Below, piece after piece: positions 41,319 through 51,866 of a stretch of 64,000 bases of DNA. This DNA comes from Pseudomonadota bacterium. Lineage in GTDB: Bacteria > Pseudomonadota > Alphaproteobacteria > Sphingomonadales > Sphingomonadaceae. The notes under the pieces are model-generated. The model made no database searches, was not told the DNA's origin, and worked only from the letters and a program-made list of their open reading frames with translations. Location of the stretch: NCBI GenBank assembly GCA_023391375.1, contig JAEWBB010000005.1:56165-120164 (forward strand), written 5' to 3'. A program made the position numbers and the translations under genes. Numbering within the stretch: the stretch's first letter is position 1; each line of letters opens with the position of its first letter.

Positions 41319-42461
41319 ATGCTTCAACAAATCATCAAACCTGTCGGTACGGAAGAGGAGCAGAGGCCGCACATCCTGCGCCGCGTGAATCCGCTCTTCC
41401 TCCTGACCGTCGTTCTACCGACCTTTCTCGCGACGCTGTATTTCGGCGTCTTCGCCTCTGACGTGTATGTGTCGGAATCGCAGTTCGTCGTGCGCAGTCC
41501 CGACAAACCGACGACCACTGGACTCGGCGTCCTGCTCAAGTCGGTGGGTTTTTCAAACGCCGGCGACGAAGTCTTCGTCGCGCAGAAATATGTCCAGTCG
41601 AGGGATGCGCTGAAGGTCCTCAACGGCAAGAATGCCGTTCGCGTCGCCTATACGCGGCCCGGAATTTCGGTTTTCGACCGTTTCAACCCGCTCGGGCTGG
41701 ACGGGTCGTTCGAAAACCTTTTCGATTATTTCAAGGATCGCGTGAAGGTCGAACATGATCCGATCTCCTCGATCACCACCCTCTCTGTCCGCGCGTACAC
41801 CGCCAAGGACGCGCAAACCATCAACGCCGCCCTGCTCGAACAGTCGGAATCGCTCGTCAACCGGCTCAACAACCGCGGCGAAGCCGACGTGTTGGGTTAC
41901 GCCCAGCGCGAGGTGCATGAAGCCGAGGACGAGGCGCGCAAGACCTCCCAGGCGCTGGCCGCCTTCCGTCAGCGGTCGGGAATCGTCGATCCGGAACGGC
42001 AAGCCGGCGTGCAGTTGCAGCTGGTTTCCAAGCTCCAGGACGAACTGATTGGCGCGCGTCTCCAACTTCAGCAGCTCCAGGCGCTTGCGCCGGAAAATCC
42101 CCAGATTCCGCTTCTTCGCACGCGAATCGCGGGCCTGTCGAAGTCGATCGACGTGGAAGTCGGACGAGCCGCCGGTTCGCAGCGCTCGCTCTCCGCGGCG
42201 GCTGTCCAGTATCAAAGACTGACGCTCGACCGCGAATATGCCGACAAGCGCTTGGGCGCAGCGTTGGCGTCACTTCAGGAAGCGCGGAACGAGGCGCGTC
42301 GCAAGCAGGCGTATGTCGAACGCACTGTGGAGCCCAGTCTGCCGGACAAGGCGCAGGAGCCGCGTCGCATTCGCGGGATCTTTGCCGTGTTTCTTCTCGG
42401 CCTGATTGCGTTCGGTATCCTGACTATGCTCCTCGCGGGCATTCGCGAGCACCAGGACTAA
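41319..42461 (+). CDS. kpsE: Capsule export polysaccharide co-polymerase (KpsE/CtrB/BexC type)
   Basis: N- and C-terminal TM segments; ASDVYVSESQFVVRS, coiled coil, PSLPD.A.EP.R and C-terminal REHQD. Confidence 0.9.
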   Translation: MLQQIIKPVGTEEEQRPHILRRVNPLFLLTVVLPTFLATLYFGVFASDVYVSESQFVVRSPDKPTTTGLGVLLKSVGFSNAGDEVFVAQKYVQSRDALKVLNGKNAVRVAYTRPGISVFDRFNPLGLDGSFENLFDYFKDRVKVEHDPISSITTLSVRAYTAKDAQTINAALLEQSESLVNRLNNRGEADVLGYAQREVHEAEDEARKTSQALAAFRQRSGIVDPERQAGVQLQLVSKLQDELIGARLQLQQLQALAPENPQIPLLRTRIAGLSKSIDVEVGRAAGSQRSLSAAAVQYQRLTLDREYADKRLGAALASLQEARNEARRKQAYVERTVEPSLPDKAQEPRRIRGIFAVFLLGLIAFGILTMLLAGIREHQD

Positions 42462-42473
42462 GCGAAGCAAAGG

Positions 42474-43271
42474 TTGAACAACGTGTCGACGGTCAGTCTT
42501 GGACGTTCCCTAGCCATCCAGCGTCGCGTCATCGCGGCGCTGCTGATGCGCGAGGTTCTCACGCGCTATGGCCGCCACAATATCGGCTTCCTTTGGCTCT
42601 TCGTCGAGCCGATGATCTTTACTCTGGCGATCACGGCGCTGTGGACAGCGACGAAGGCCGTCCACCATTCGAACCTGCCGATCGTCGCGTTCGCCATCAC
42701 TGGCTATGCGAGCGTGCTTCTCTGGCGAAACATGCCTGCACGGACGATCAATGCCCTCCAGCCGAACATGTCGCTCATGTACCATCGCAATGTGCGGCCG
42801 TTCGACGTCTACGCCGCCCGCCTGACGCTTGAGGCCGCGGGCGCCACCATGTCCTTTGTCTTCCTTGTCATTGCATTCCATTTTGCCGGGCTGCTCGACC
42901 TTCCGGAGAATATTCTTCAAATCGTCGGAGCCTGGATCATGCTCGCCTGGTTCGGGGTTGGCTTGGCCCTATTTCTCGGTGCGTTGTCGGAAGACTACGA
43001 GATCGTGGAAAAGCTCTGGCATCCGACGGCCTACATCATGTTCCCGCTCTCCGGCGCGGGCTTCCTGGTCGACTCCCTCCCGGTAGAGGCGCAGCATTTC
43101 GTGCTTTACCTGCCCATGGTCCACGGGATCGAATACCTCCGAGAGGGCTATTTCGGCTCGCAAATCGTCGCGCATTACGACATGCGATTCATGGCGCTTT
43201 GCAACGTTGTCCTCACGTTTCTGGGCTTGGCCCGTGTCCGCCACGTCAGCCTGACGGTCGTTCCAGAATGA
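42474..43271 (+). CDS. kpsM: Capsule ABC transporter permease (KpsM/CtrC/BexB type)
   Basis: ALLMREVLTRYGRHNIGFLW.F.EP, LMYHRNV and PMVHG.E..R motifs. Confidence 0.93.
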   Translation: MNNVSTVSLGRSLAIQRRVIAALLMREVLTRYGRHNIGFLWLFVEPMIFTLAITALWTATKAVHHSNLPIVAFAITGYASVLLWRNMPARTINALQPNMSLMYHRNVRPFDVYAARLTLEAAGATMSFVFLVIAFHFAGLLDLPENILQIVGAWIMLAWFGVGLALFLGALSEDYEIVEKLWHPTAYIMFPLSGAGFLVDSLPVEAQHFVLYLPMVHGIEYLREGYFGSQIVAHYDMRFMALCNVVLTFLGLARVRHVSLTVVPE

Positions 43272-43936
43272 TCAAATTCACCGCCGTCAACAAGGTTTAC
43301 CCGACGCGAAGCGGTCCCGCCCACATCCTGCGTGACATCAATCTCGCGGTCGACAAGGGCGAGCACGTTGGAATCCTCGGCCGCAACGGCGCCGGAAAAT
43401 CGACCCTTATTCGCCTTATGAGCGGCGCGGAATTGCCCACAAGCGGGCAGGTTGTTCGCGATATGAGCGTGTCCTGGCCGTTGGCGTTCACCGGTGCCTT
43501 CCAAATGGCGCTGACGGGCTACGACAACCTTCGCTTCATCTGCCGCGTATACGGGGTCGACTGGCACGACAAAAAGCGCTTCGTTGAAGAATTCTCGGAA
43601 TTGGGGCTGTACCTCCGCGAACCGGTCAGGTCATACTCTTCGGGCATGCGTGCCCGCTTGGCGTTCGCCATTTCCATGGTGATCGAGTTCGAATGCTTTC
43701 TGATCGACGAAATCATTGCCGTCGGAGACGCGCGGTTCCACGCCAAATGCGGCCATGAATTGTTCGACAAGCGCGGCGACCGGGCCATGATCATCGTCTC
43801 GCACGATCCCGGCTATATTCGGGAGCATTGCACGCGCGCTTCAGTCCTCCATCAGGGCTCGCTCCTCAACTTCGACACGGTTGACGAAGCCCAGGAGTTC
43901 TATCTCGACGCCAGCATGACGTCGAACGTCGCGTGA
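43268..43936 (+). CDS. kpsT: Capsule ABC transporter ATPase (KpsT/CtrD/BexA type)
   Basis: GRNGAGKST, YSSGM, LIDE..AVGD and VSH motifs; 222 aa with no C-terminal carbohydrate-binding extension. Confidence 0.93.
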   Translation: MIKFTAVNKVYPTRSGPAHILRDINLAVDKGEHVGILGRNGAGKSTLIRLMSGAELPTSGQVVRDMSVSWPLAFTGAFQMALTGYDNLRFICRVYGVDWHDKKRFVEEFSELGLYLREPVRSYSSGMRARLAFAISMVIEFECFLIDEIIAVGDARFHAKCGHELFDKRGDRAMIIVSHDPGYIREHCTRASVLHQGSLLNFDTVDEAQEFYLDASMTSNVA

Positions 43937-45177
43937 AGAAATTCCGTGACGTTCTGGTCGGCGTGCGTCGTCGCGCCTGGCTCGCCTTACACCGGTCCGT
44001 CTATACCGAAGGTTCCCAACGCGACCGTCCGCGGCTTCTGGTGGACCTGTCGGTCATTGCTCGCCACGATGCCCGGACGGGCATCCAGCGAGTAGTTCGC
44101 GGGATTTGGGCCGAGCTGAACTCGCGCACCCACGTCGATTATGATTTCGTGCCCGTCTATGCGAGCAGGACGAGAGGATATTGCTACGCTCGTCCGTCGC
44201 AGCATCCCGAAAAGCTGAAGCTGACGAGAGATGTCGTCTCGTGCCGGGAGGGTGACAAGTTCCTGGGACTTGATCTTTCTGCGCATTACCTGCCGCATTG
44301 GGTTGGCCAGTTCGCCGGATGGCGCAACGCCGGCGCCACCATCCATAACGTTGTCTACGACCTGCTTCCCTTGCGCCAGCCCGAGTGGTTCACGGTCGCG
44401 ACGCGAAAGCATTTCAAACGCTGGTTTGAAGCCGTCAAAAGCCAGAGCGACCAGCTCCTGTGTATTTCGGACGACGTGGCGAACGAAGTCCGGAAGGAAA
44501 TCAGTCCGTCAACTAGGCCGGCGGTGGGACGCCTTTGCCTGAGTGGAAATATCGCGGGTTCGGTGCCTTCGCGCGGAATGTCGGCTGACATGGTGGACCT
44601 CGTGAGTAGCGTCGCCTCGACACCCACCGTTCTGATGGTGGGGACCGTCGAGCCGCGAAAGGGCTATGATGCCGCACTTGCGGCCTTTGACCTGCTTTGG
44701 CGCAGCCATCCGGGCAGTGCCCCTAACCTCTTCATCGTTGGCAAGGCGGGTTGGCGGACGGACGAACTCCAGCGCCGGCTGAACTCACATCCGGAGAATG
44801 ACAAACGGCTTTTCTGGCGCTCGAAGGTGAGCGACGAGGCGCTGACCGAACTGTATGAAAATTGTGCCGCTGTCCTTTCCACGAGCCGTGGAGAGGGGTT
44901 TGGCTTGCCCCTTTCCGAGGCAGCGGCCCATCGGAAATGGATGCTCGCCCGGGATCTCCCCGTTTTTCGCGAACAGCAATTGCCCAACTGCCTCTTCTTC
45001 GCGGATGAATCGCCTCCAGCGCTCGGCGAGAAAATCCTCGAACTGATGGCGCTGGCGGCAGAGTCGGCGCCGCCAACCGCTCACCTTCCAGATTGGACGG
45101 ATTGCCTGCAGTCGCTGCTGCGCTCTCTTGGGATCGATCCCGACGGACTGCAGCACGGGCCGGACGAGGCGGCCTGA
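43933..45177 (+). CDS. GT4 glycosyltransferase (WbdA/WbpX-like domain)
   Basis: DARTGIQRVVR, YDLLP, VGTVEPRKG, EGFGLPL.EA and DLPVFRE motifs. Confidence 0.88.
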   Translation: MKKFRDVLVGVRRRAWLALHRSVYTEGSQRDRPRLLVDLSVIARHDARTGIQRVVRGIWAELNSRTHVDYDFVPVYASRTRGYCYARPSQHPEKLKLTRDVVSCREGDKFLGLDLSAHYLPHWVGQFAGWRNAGATIHNVVYDLLPLRQPEWFTVATRKHFKRWFEAVKSQSDQLLCISDDVANEVRKEISPSTRPAVGRLCLSGNIAGSVPSRGMSADMVDLVSSVASTPTVLMVGTVEPRKGYDAALAAFDLLWRSHPGSAPNLFIVGKAGWRTDELQRRLNSHPENDKRLFWRSKVSDEALTELYENCAAVLSTSRGEGFGLPLSEAAAHRKWMLARDLPVFREQQLPNCLFFADESPPALGEKILELMALAAESAPPTAHLPDWTDCLQSLLRSLGIDPDGLQHGPDEAA

Positions 45178-45211
45178 TCCTTTCCGCCGGGCATCGTTTC
45201 GCCAGGCTCGG

Positions 45212-46315
45212 TTACAATGACAATCGGCGATAGGCATCGACCGTGCCGTCAACGGTCCGTTGCCAGCTCAGCCTCGCTGCGAGCGCAGAGCCGTTCAACG
45301 TTGCCGCTTCGCGCCAGGCGACGTCATCTATTCCACGCGTGATGGAAGCCGCGAAGGATTTCGGATCATCGGCGCTAACAATCATCGCGGCCGAGCCGGA
45401 CACCTCGACCAGGCTTTCATCGTCGGAAATCAGGACCGGAACGCCGTGCGCCATGGCTTCGACGGGTGGAAGGCCGAAACCCTCGTAAAGCGAGGGGTAG
45501 ATAAAAAGCCGCGCCCCGAAATAGAGGGCATCAAGCATCGGCGCGGAGGCGAATCCGAGCCACTTTGCCCACCCCTCGGCTTGGGCTTGATTGAGGCGTG
45601 AGACGAGGTCTTCCGCGAGCCAGCCGGCCTTGCCCACCAACACGAGAGGAAGGGCCAAGCGCCTGGAACGGGGAAGTTTCTCGTAGGCGTCGAGGAGCTG
45701 CCGGATGCGTTTTCGCGGTTCGATCGTCGAGACGCAGAGGCAGTACGCACCCTGCTCCAGGCCGACCGACCTGAGACGCCGGACCACCTCGTCACCGGAG
45801 GGACGCACGGGCGCATGGACACCATGCGGCACGACGTCGATCCTGTCCGCGTCCAATCCCAGCGCGGCGACCAGTTGTGCACGCATCGCTGAAGTTCCGG
45901 TGATGACGCGCCCTGCACGCGTGATCGTGTCTTCGAAACGCTCCTCGAAATGACGCCTCCGGAATTCGGGATGTGTTTCGGGGAAGCGGAAGACGGACAG
46001 GTCGTGGATGGTCGCCACGCCGTGCTCGGCCCAGGACGGCAGGAAGAAGTTCGGGGCGTGAACGATGGCCGATCGCATTCGGTCAAGGATGCCGGCGTTC
46101 CGCTTGCTGTGCCACCAGCGTCCGGGCCGTGAACGATGCCAGGAAAATCGGGGAACGAGGAGCTTGTCAGGATCAGCGATGGGGATTTTGCCGCGGAAAA
46201 AGCTAAGCTCGGAAATGTCAGGATGCGACGCCAGGCCGCGGGCCAGTTCCAGAGTGTAATTGCCGATTCCAGTCAATCGGGGCTCCAGGGCATCGACCGA
46301 CAGGGCTACGCGCAC
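45212..46315 (-). CDS. GT4 glycosyltransferase (WbpY/WbdB-like)
   Basis: LTGIGNYT, TIHDLS...PE.HP, TIEPRK and YPSLYEGFGLPPVEAMA motifs; overlaps rmd. Confidence 0.88.
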   Translation of the reverse strand: MRVALSVDALEPRLTGIGNYTLELARGLASHPDISELSFFRGKIPIADPDKLLVPRFSWHRSRPGRWWHSKRNAGILDRMRSAIVHAPNFFLPSWAEHGVATIHDLSVFRFPETHPEFRRRHFEERFEDTITRAGRVITGTSAMRAQLVAALGLDADRIDVVPHGVHAPVRPSGDEVVRRLRSVGLEQGAYCLCVSTIEPRKRIRQLLDAYEKLPRSRRLALPLVLVGKAGWLAEDLVSRLNQAQAEGWAKWLGFASAPMLDALYFGARLFIYPSLYEGFGLPPVEAMAHGVPVLISDDESLVEVSGSAAMIVSADDPKSFAASITRGIDDVAWREAATLNGSALAARLSWQRTVDGTVDAYRRLSL

Positions 46316-47214
46316 GAAGGTGCCTCGAGCATCCACCGGATCGTGTCGTCGAGTGCGGGCGCCTGCGGACAACCAATCATCGCATCGAGCTTCGCCCGGC
46401 TTCCGGAGAGCGTTCGCACTTCATCCCGTCGTACCAGCGAAGGATTGACGATGGGCTCGAGCGCGACGCCGCTGATTTCGGCCACCGTGGCCAGCACGCT
46501 GTTCAGCGAGCGAGGAATACCGGAACAAATGTTGAATGTACCGCCGATCGCTTCCGGCGTTCCGAGAAGGCCGGCGTAGCAATTCGCCACGAATCTTACG
46601 TCCGAAAAGTCTCGCGCCACATCGAGATTGCCGAGCTCGATGATCCGCTCCCCGCGCTTCGCATGTCCCACGATCTTGGGGATGAGAAACTGCTCCGATT
46701 GGCCGACCCCGGTGTAATTGAAGGGCCTCGTGACGACAATTGGCAGCCGGTCACCGAAAATCCGCGCAAGATGCTCCGACGCAAGCTTGCTCACCCCGTA
46801 GTCATTTGCCGGACACGGCGGCATCTGCTCGTTGAGCTCGCCGGACCGCTGGTTACCGTAGACATTGGCGCTGCTGGCGATGACGACCGTGTCGACTTCA
46901 AGGCCGGCTGTCGAGAGCGCGTGGAGAAGATTGCGTGTTCCGACAACATTGACCGCATACATCGACGAGACATCGCTGTGCGCGACGAAGGCGACAGCGG
47001 CGAGGTGTACGACTTTCTGCGGGCGAACCTCTGCTATGACTCTTGTGAGGCCTTCAACGTCGAGCAGGTCGGCCTCGTAAAGCGCCAGATCATGGCGTTC
47101 ACCGTCTGCAACCCTTCGTTCGATCCCGAACAGCTCATGCCCGTCGCGCGACAAGCGATCGACGAGGTACCGGCCCGTGAAGCCCGATGCACCTGTGATG
47201 AGTGTGCGCGACAT
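46306..47214 (-). CDS. rmd: GDP-6-deoxy-D-lyxo-4-hexulose reductase (GDP-D-rhamnose synthesis)
   Basis: TGASGFTG.YL, HLAA.AFVAH, YGVSK, RPFNYTGVGQ...FLIPKIV and GNLDV.RDFSDVR motifs; downstream of gmd. The closely related GDP-6-deoxy-D-talose-forming enzyme cannot be excluded. Confidence 0.75.
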   Translation of the reverse strand: MSRTLITGASGFTGRYLVDRLSRDGHELFGIERRVADGERHDLALYEADLLDVEGLTRVIAEVRPQKVVHLAAVAFVAHSDVSSMYAVNVVGTRNLLHALSTAGLEVDTVVIASSANVYGNQRSGELNEQMPPCPANDYGVSKLASEHLARIFGDRLPIVVTRPFNYTGVGQSEQFLIPKIVGHAKRGERIIELGNLDVARDFSDVRFVANCYAGLLGTPEAIGGTFNICSGIPRSLNSVLATVAEISGVALEPIVNPSLVRRDEVRTLSGSRAKLDAMIGCPQAPALDDTIRWMLEAPSCA

Positions 47215-47266
47215 CAATTTCTCCGCCGGTCGGTCCAATCGTCGCCGAACCGCACTTCTTCTTCGG

Positions 47267-48310
<1,044 letters not shown>

Positions 48311-48423
48311 TCATAGCGATTAGTCGCGCGATTTGACAATGCGAGACGCGACGCCGTAGCGCGCCCTTCGAGCCTCATGGCCAACCGGGTTGGAAGCCGT
48401 TGTCGAATTTGTGGAGTTGATTC

Positions 48424-48993
48424 GTGTCCAAGGTAATCGTTTTCTCTCCGAAAAGATTCGAAGATAATCGCGGATGGTTCTCCGAAACGTACAATGCGGC
48501 GCGAGAAAAAGCTGCTGGAGTGTCCGCCACCTTTGTTCAGGACAACATGAGCCTTTCCTGTGACGCCGGAACCGTACGCGGCATTCATTTCCAGCGGCCG
48601 CCGCACATGCAAGCCAAACTTGTGCGCTGTAACAAAGGGCGGTTGATCGATTATGTGGTCGACTTACGGAAAGGTTCTCCGACGTACGGAAATTATGTGT
48701 CCGCCAAGCTTTCCGCTCAAAACGGTCGGCAAATCTTCATTCCCGAGGGCTTCGGCCATGCTTTCATCACGTTGGAACGCGATACGGAAATCGCCTACAA
48801 GGTGAACGACTATTACGCGCCCGACTGCGACGGGGGCATTCGCTGGGACTGTCCGACGATCAACATCCAGTGGCCGATCCCAAGCGGCGAAATCATTCTG
48901 TCTGAAAAGGATTCGAAGCTCGGCACACTCGAAGACTTCGATAGCCCGTTCGAGTATGACGGCCATCCGCTCGAACTTCTCGATCTCAATTAG
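48424..48993 (+). CDS. rmlC: dTDP-4-dehydrorhamnose 3,5-epimerase
   Basis: D.RGWF.E, FVQDN.S, RGIHFQ, Q.KLVRC and PEGFGH motifs. Confidence 0.95.
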   Translation: MSKVIVFSPKRFEDNRGWFSETYNAAREKAAGVSATFVQDNMSLSCDAGTVRGIHFQRPPHMQAKLVRCNKGRLIDYVVDLRKGSPTYGNYVSAKLSAQNGRQIFIPEGFGHAFITLERDTEIAYKVNDYYAPDCDGGIRWDCPTINIQWPIPSGEIILSEKDSKLGTLEDFDSPFEYDGHPLELLDLN

Positions 48994-49021
48994 GTCGTAG
49001 CGCCTCAAGGAGTATCATTCG

Positions 49022-50077
49022 TTGCGCATCCTCGTTACCGGCGGCGCCGGTTTCATCGGGTCGGCCTTGATCCGTCAATTGATCAACCATTCGGACCATG
49101 AGGTCCTGAATGTCGATTCGCTGACCTATGCCGGCGTCCTCGCCTCGCTGTCGGAAGTTGAATCGTCCGAGCGCTACAGCTTCGTGAAGGCCGACATCAC
49201 GGATCGCGACGCCATCCCGCGCATCTTCGCGGAGTTCGAACCCGACCTCATCGCCCATCTCGCCGCCGAAAGTCATGTTGATCGCTCACTCGATGGTCCG
49301 GCCGCGTTCATCGAGACCAATCTCGTCGGGACATTCAACCTCCTGCAATCCGCCCTGGAATACTGGCGCCGCATGGATACGGGGCGGAAGGAGGCTTTCC
49401 GCTTCCACCATATCTCCACGGACGAAGTCTTCGGCTCGCTCGGTGACGAGGGACTGTTCACGGAAACGACCCCTTACGACCCGCGATCCCCCTATTCGGC
49501 CTCGAAGGCCGGTGCCGATCATCTTGTTCGCGCCTGGGGCCATAGCTTCGGGCTCCCGGTTTTGGTGACCAACTGTTCGAACAACTACGGGCCGTACCAT
49601 TTTCCGGAAAAACTCATTCCGCTGATCATCATCCGCGCGATGCTTGGACTGCCGCTGCCGGTTTATGGTGATGGTGGAAACGTCCGCGACTGGCTGTACG
49701 TCGAAGATCATGCACGGGCATTGCAGACGGTGTTCGAGCGCGCAGCGCCCGGCGAGAGTTACAACGTCGGCGGCAACAGCGAACGAACCAACCTCCAGGT
49801 CGTGCATGTCATCTGCGACCAGCTCGACAAGAATCATCCTCGGGACGACGGTCGCTCCTATCGAGAGCAGATCGAGTTCGTCACGGATCGACCTGGACAT
49901 GATCGCCGCTATGCTATCGACGCATCGAAAATCCGGGACGACTTGGGCTGGACCCCGCAGGTCAGCTTCGACGAAGGGATCGCGCGGACGATCGACTTTT
50001 ACCTGACCCGGCGCGACTGGTGGGAACCCCTGCTTGGCGAACGCTACGACACGTCGCGACTGGGGGCTGGAAAATAG
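49022..50077 (+). CDS. rmlB: dTDP-glucose 4,6-dehydratase
   Basis: [30 protein letters not shown] and CSNNYGP motifs. Confidence 0.97.
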   Translation: MRILVTGGAGFIGSALIRQLINHSDHEVLNVDSLTYAGVLASLSEVESSERYSFVKADITDRDAIPRIFAEFEPDLIAHLAAESHVDRSLDGPAAFIETNLVGTFNLLQSALEYWRRMDTGRKEAFRFHHISTDEVFGSLGDEGLFTETTPYDPRSPYSASKAGADHLVRAWGHSFGLPVLVTNCSNNYGPYHFPEKLIPLIIIRAMLGLPLPVYGDGGNVRDWLYVEDHARALQTVFERAAPGESYNVGGNSERTNLQVVHVICDQLDKNHPRDDGRSYREQIEFVTDRPGHDRRYAIDASKIRDDLGWTPQVSFDEGIARTIDFYLTRRDWWEPLLGERYDTSRLGAGK

Positions 50078-50079
50078 GG

Positions 50080-50985
50080 ATGGCACGGCACGTCCTCGTG
50101 ACCGGCGGTACTGGCCAGGTCGGACGCGAACTTGCGGCGTTGGAATGGCCGGCGGGTGTCGAGTTGGTCCTCCCCGGCCGAGCCGAACTGGACCTCGGCT
50201 CCCGCCCGTCCATCCAACGCTATTTTGCGACCGGCGATTTCGCAGCCGTCATCAATTGCGCTGCATACACGGCAGTCGATCGCGCCGAGAGTGACGTCGT
50301 CGCTGCTTATGCCGCCAATGCATTCGGACCGGCGTGGATCGCCGCGGAGACACGCCGTCTAGACATACCGATGGTGCATGTTTCGACCGATTACGTCTTC
50401 GGCGGTCACGCGGGGCGCCCCAGAGAGCCGCAAGACGCCCCTGCTCCCACCAACGTGTACGGCGCAAGCAAACTGGCCGGCGAGATTGCAGTCTTGGCGG
50501 CGAACGATCGCTCGACCGTCATCCGGACTGCATGGGTGTTCAGCCCGTTCGGCTCCAATTTCCTGAAAACGATGCTCCGTTTGGCCCGGGACAGAGACGA
50601 AATCGGGGTCGTGAACGACCAGCTCGGTTCGCCGACGTCGGCCCTCGACCTTGCAATGGCATTGCGCACGGTCACGCTGGCGATGATCAACGACCACAAG
50701 GCGCCAACCGGCGTCTTCCACTTCGTCAACGACGGTGAAGCCACCTGGTCTGACTTCGCCCAGGAAATCATGGCGGTCGCCGCGGAAGCGGGGCTTCCCA
50801 CCGCGAACATCCGACCCGTGTCGAGCGCTGAATTTGCGACGGTCGTCGAAAGGCCCGCCGACAGCCGGCTCTCCACTGCAAGCCTCAAGGATGCCTATAA
50901 AACGCGGAACCCGCATTGGCGCGATGCGACCCGTGCCGTCCTGTACCGGATAGCTACGGAACCCAATCTGGAAGGTCTTCAATGA
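50080..50985 (+). CDS. rmlD: dTDP-4-dehydrorhamnose reductase
   Basis: GGTGQVG, AAYTAVD.AE, STDYVF, YGASK and DQ.GSPT motifs. Confidence 0.95.
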   Translation: MARHVLVTGGTGQVGRELAALEWPAGVELVLPGRAELDLGSRPSIQRYFATGDFAAVINCAAYTAVDRAESDVVAAYAANAFGPAWIAAETRRLDIPMVHVSTDYVFGGHAGRPREPQDAPAPTNVYGASKLAGEIAVLAANDRSTVIRTAWVFSPFGSNFLKTMLRLARDRDEIGVVNDQLGSPTSALDLAMALRTVTLAMINDHKAPTGVFHFVNDGEATWSDFAQEIMAVAAEAGLPTANIRPVSSAEFATVVERPADSRLSTASLKDAYKTRNPHWRDATRAVLYRIATEPNLEGLQ

Positions 50986-51866
50986 AGGGAATATTGCTCG
51001 CCGGGGGGTCAGGCACGCGCCTCCACCCCATGACGCATTCGATCTCCAAGCAGATCATGCCCGTCTACGACAAGCCGATGATTTATTATCCCCTGAGCAC
51101 ACTGATGCTCGCGGGAATTCGCGAAGTCATGATCATTTCCACCCCACGCGACCTGCCGATCTTCAGGGATCTGCTCGGAGACGGTTCGCAATGGGGCATG
51201 GAATTGCATTTCGCGGAACAAGCCCGGCCCGAAGGCCTGGCGCAGGCCTATCATATCGGGGCCGACTTCGTACGCGGCGGCCCCTCTGCGCTGATCCTCG
51301 GCGACAATATCTTTTACGGACATGGCCTGTCGGACCTGATGGGTTCGGCCACGGCCCGGGAATCTGGCGCAACGGTCTTTGCGTATCACGTCAACGATCC
51401 CGAACGATATGGCGTGGTGGCGTTTGACGAGAGCATGCGCGCGACGTCGATCGAGGAGAAGCCGACCGCTCCGAAGTCGAACTGGGCCGTGACCGGCCTG
51501 TACTTTTATGACGAGCAGGTGGTCGAGATCGCCCGCGACCTGAGGCCGTCGGGTCGAGGCGAACTGGAGATTACCGACGTCAACCGAATCTATCTCGAGC
51601 AAGGAAAATTATCGGTCGAAATCATGGGTAGAGGTTTCGCGTGGCTGGACACCGGGACGCCCGACAGCCTGATCGAAGCCGCGGAGTTCGTCCGAACGCT
51701 TGAGCGTCGACAAGGTCTCAAGATCGCTTGTCCGGAAGAAATCGCCTACGCCGAGGGCTTCATCGACCGACCTGCGCTGGAAAAAGCGATCGATGCCTTG
51801 GGAAAGTCGGCCTACGGACAATATCTGAAAGAGCGTCTGGAACGGGGCGACCTGGCGAGCGCTTGA
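50982..51866 (+). CDS. rmlA: Glucose-1-phosphate thymidylyltransferase
   Basis: [30 protein letters not shown] and WLDTGT motifs. Confidence 0.97.
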   Translation: MKGILLAGGSGTRLHPMTHSISKQIMPVYDKPMIYYPLSTLMLAGIREVMIISTPRDLPIFRDLLGDGSQWGMELHFAEQARPEGLAQAYHIGADFVRGGPSALILGDNIFYGHGLSDLMGSATARESGATVFAYHVNDPERYGVVAFDESMRATSIEEKPTAPKSNWAVTGLYFYDEQVVEIARDLRPSGRGELEITDVNRIYLEQGKLSVEIMGRGFAWLDTGTPDSLIEAAEFVRTLERRQGLKIACPEEIAYAEGFIDRPALEKAIDALGKSAYGQYLKERLERGDLASA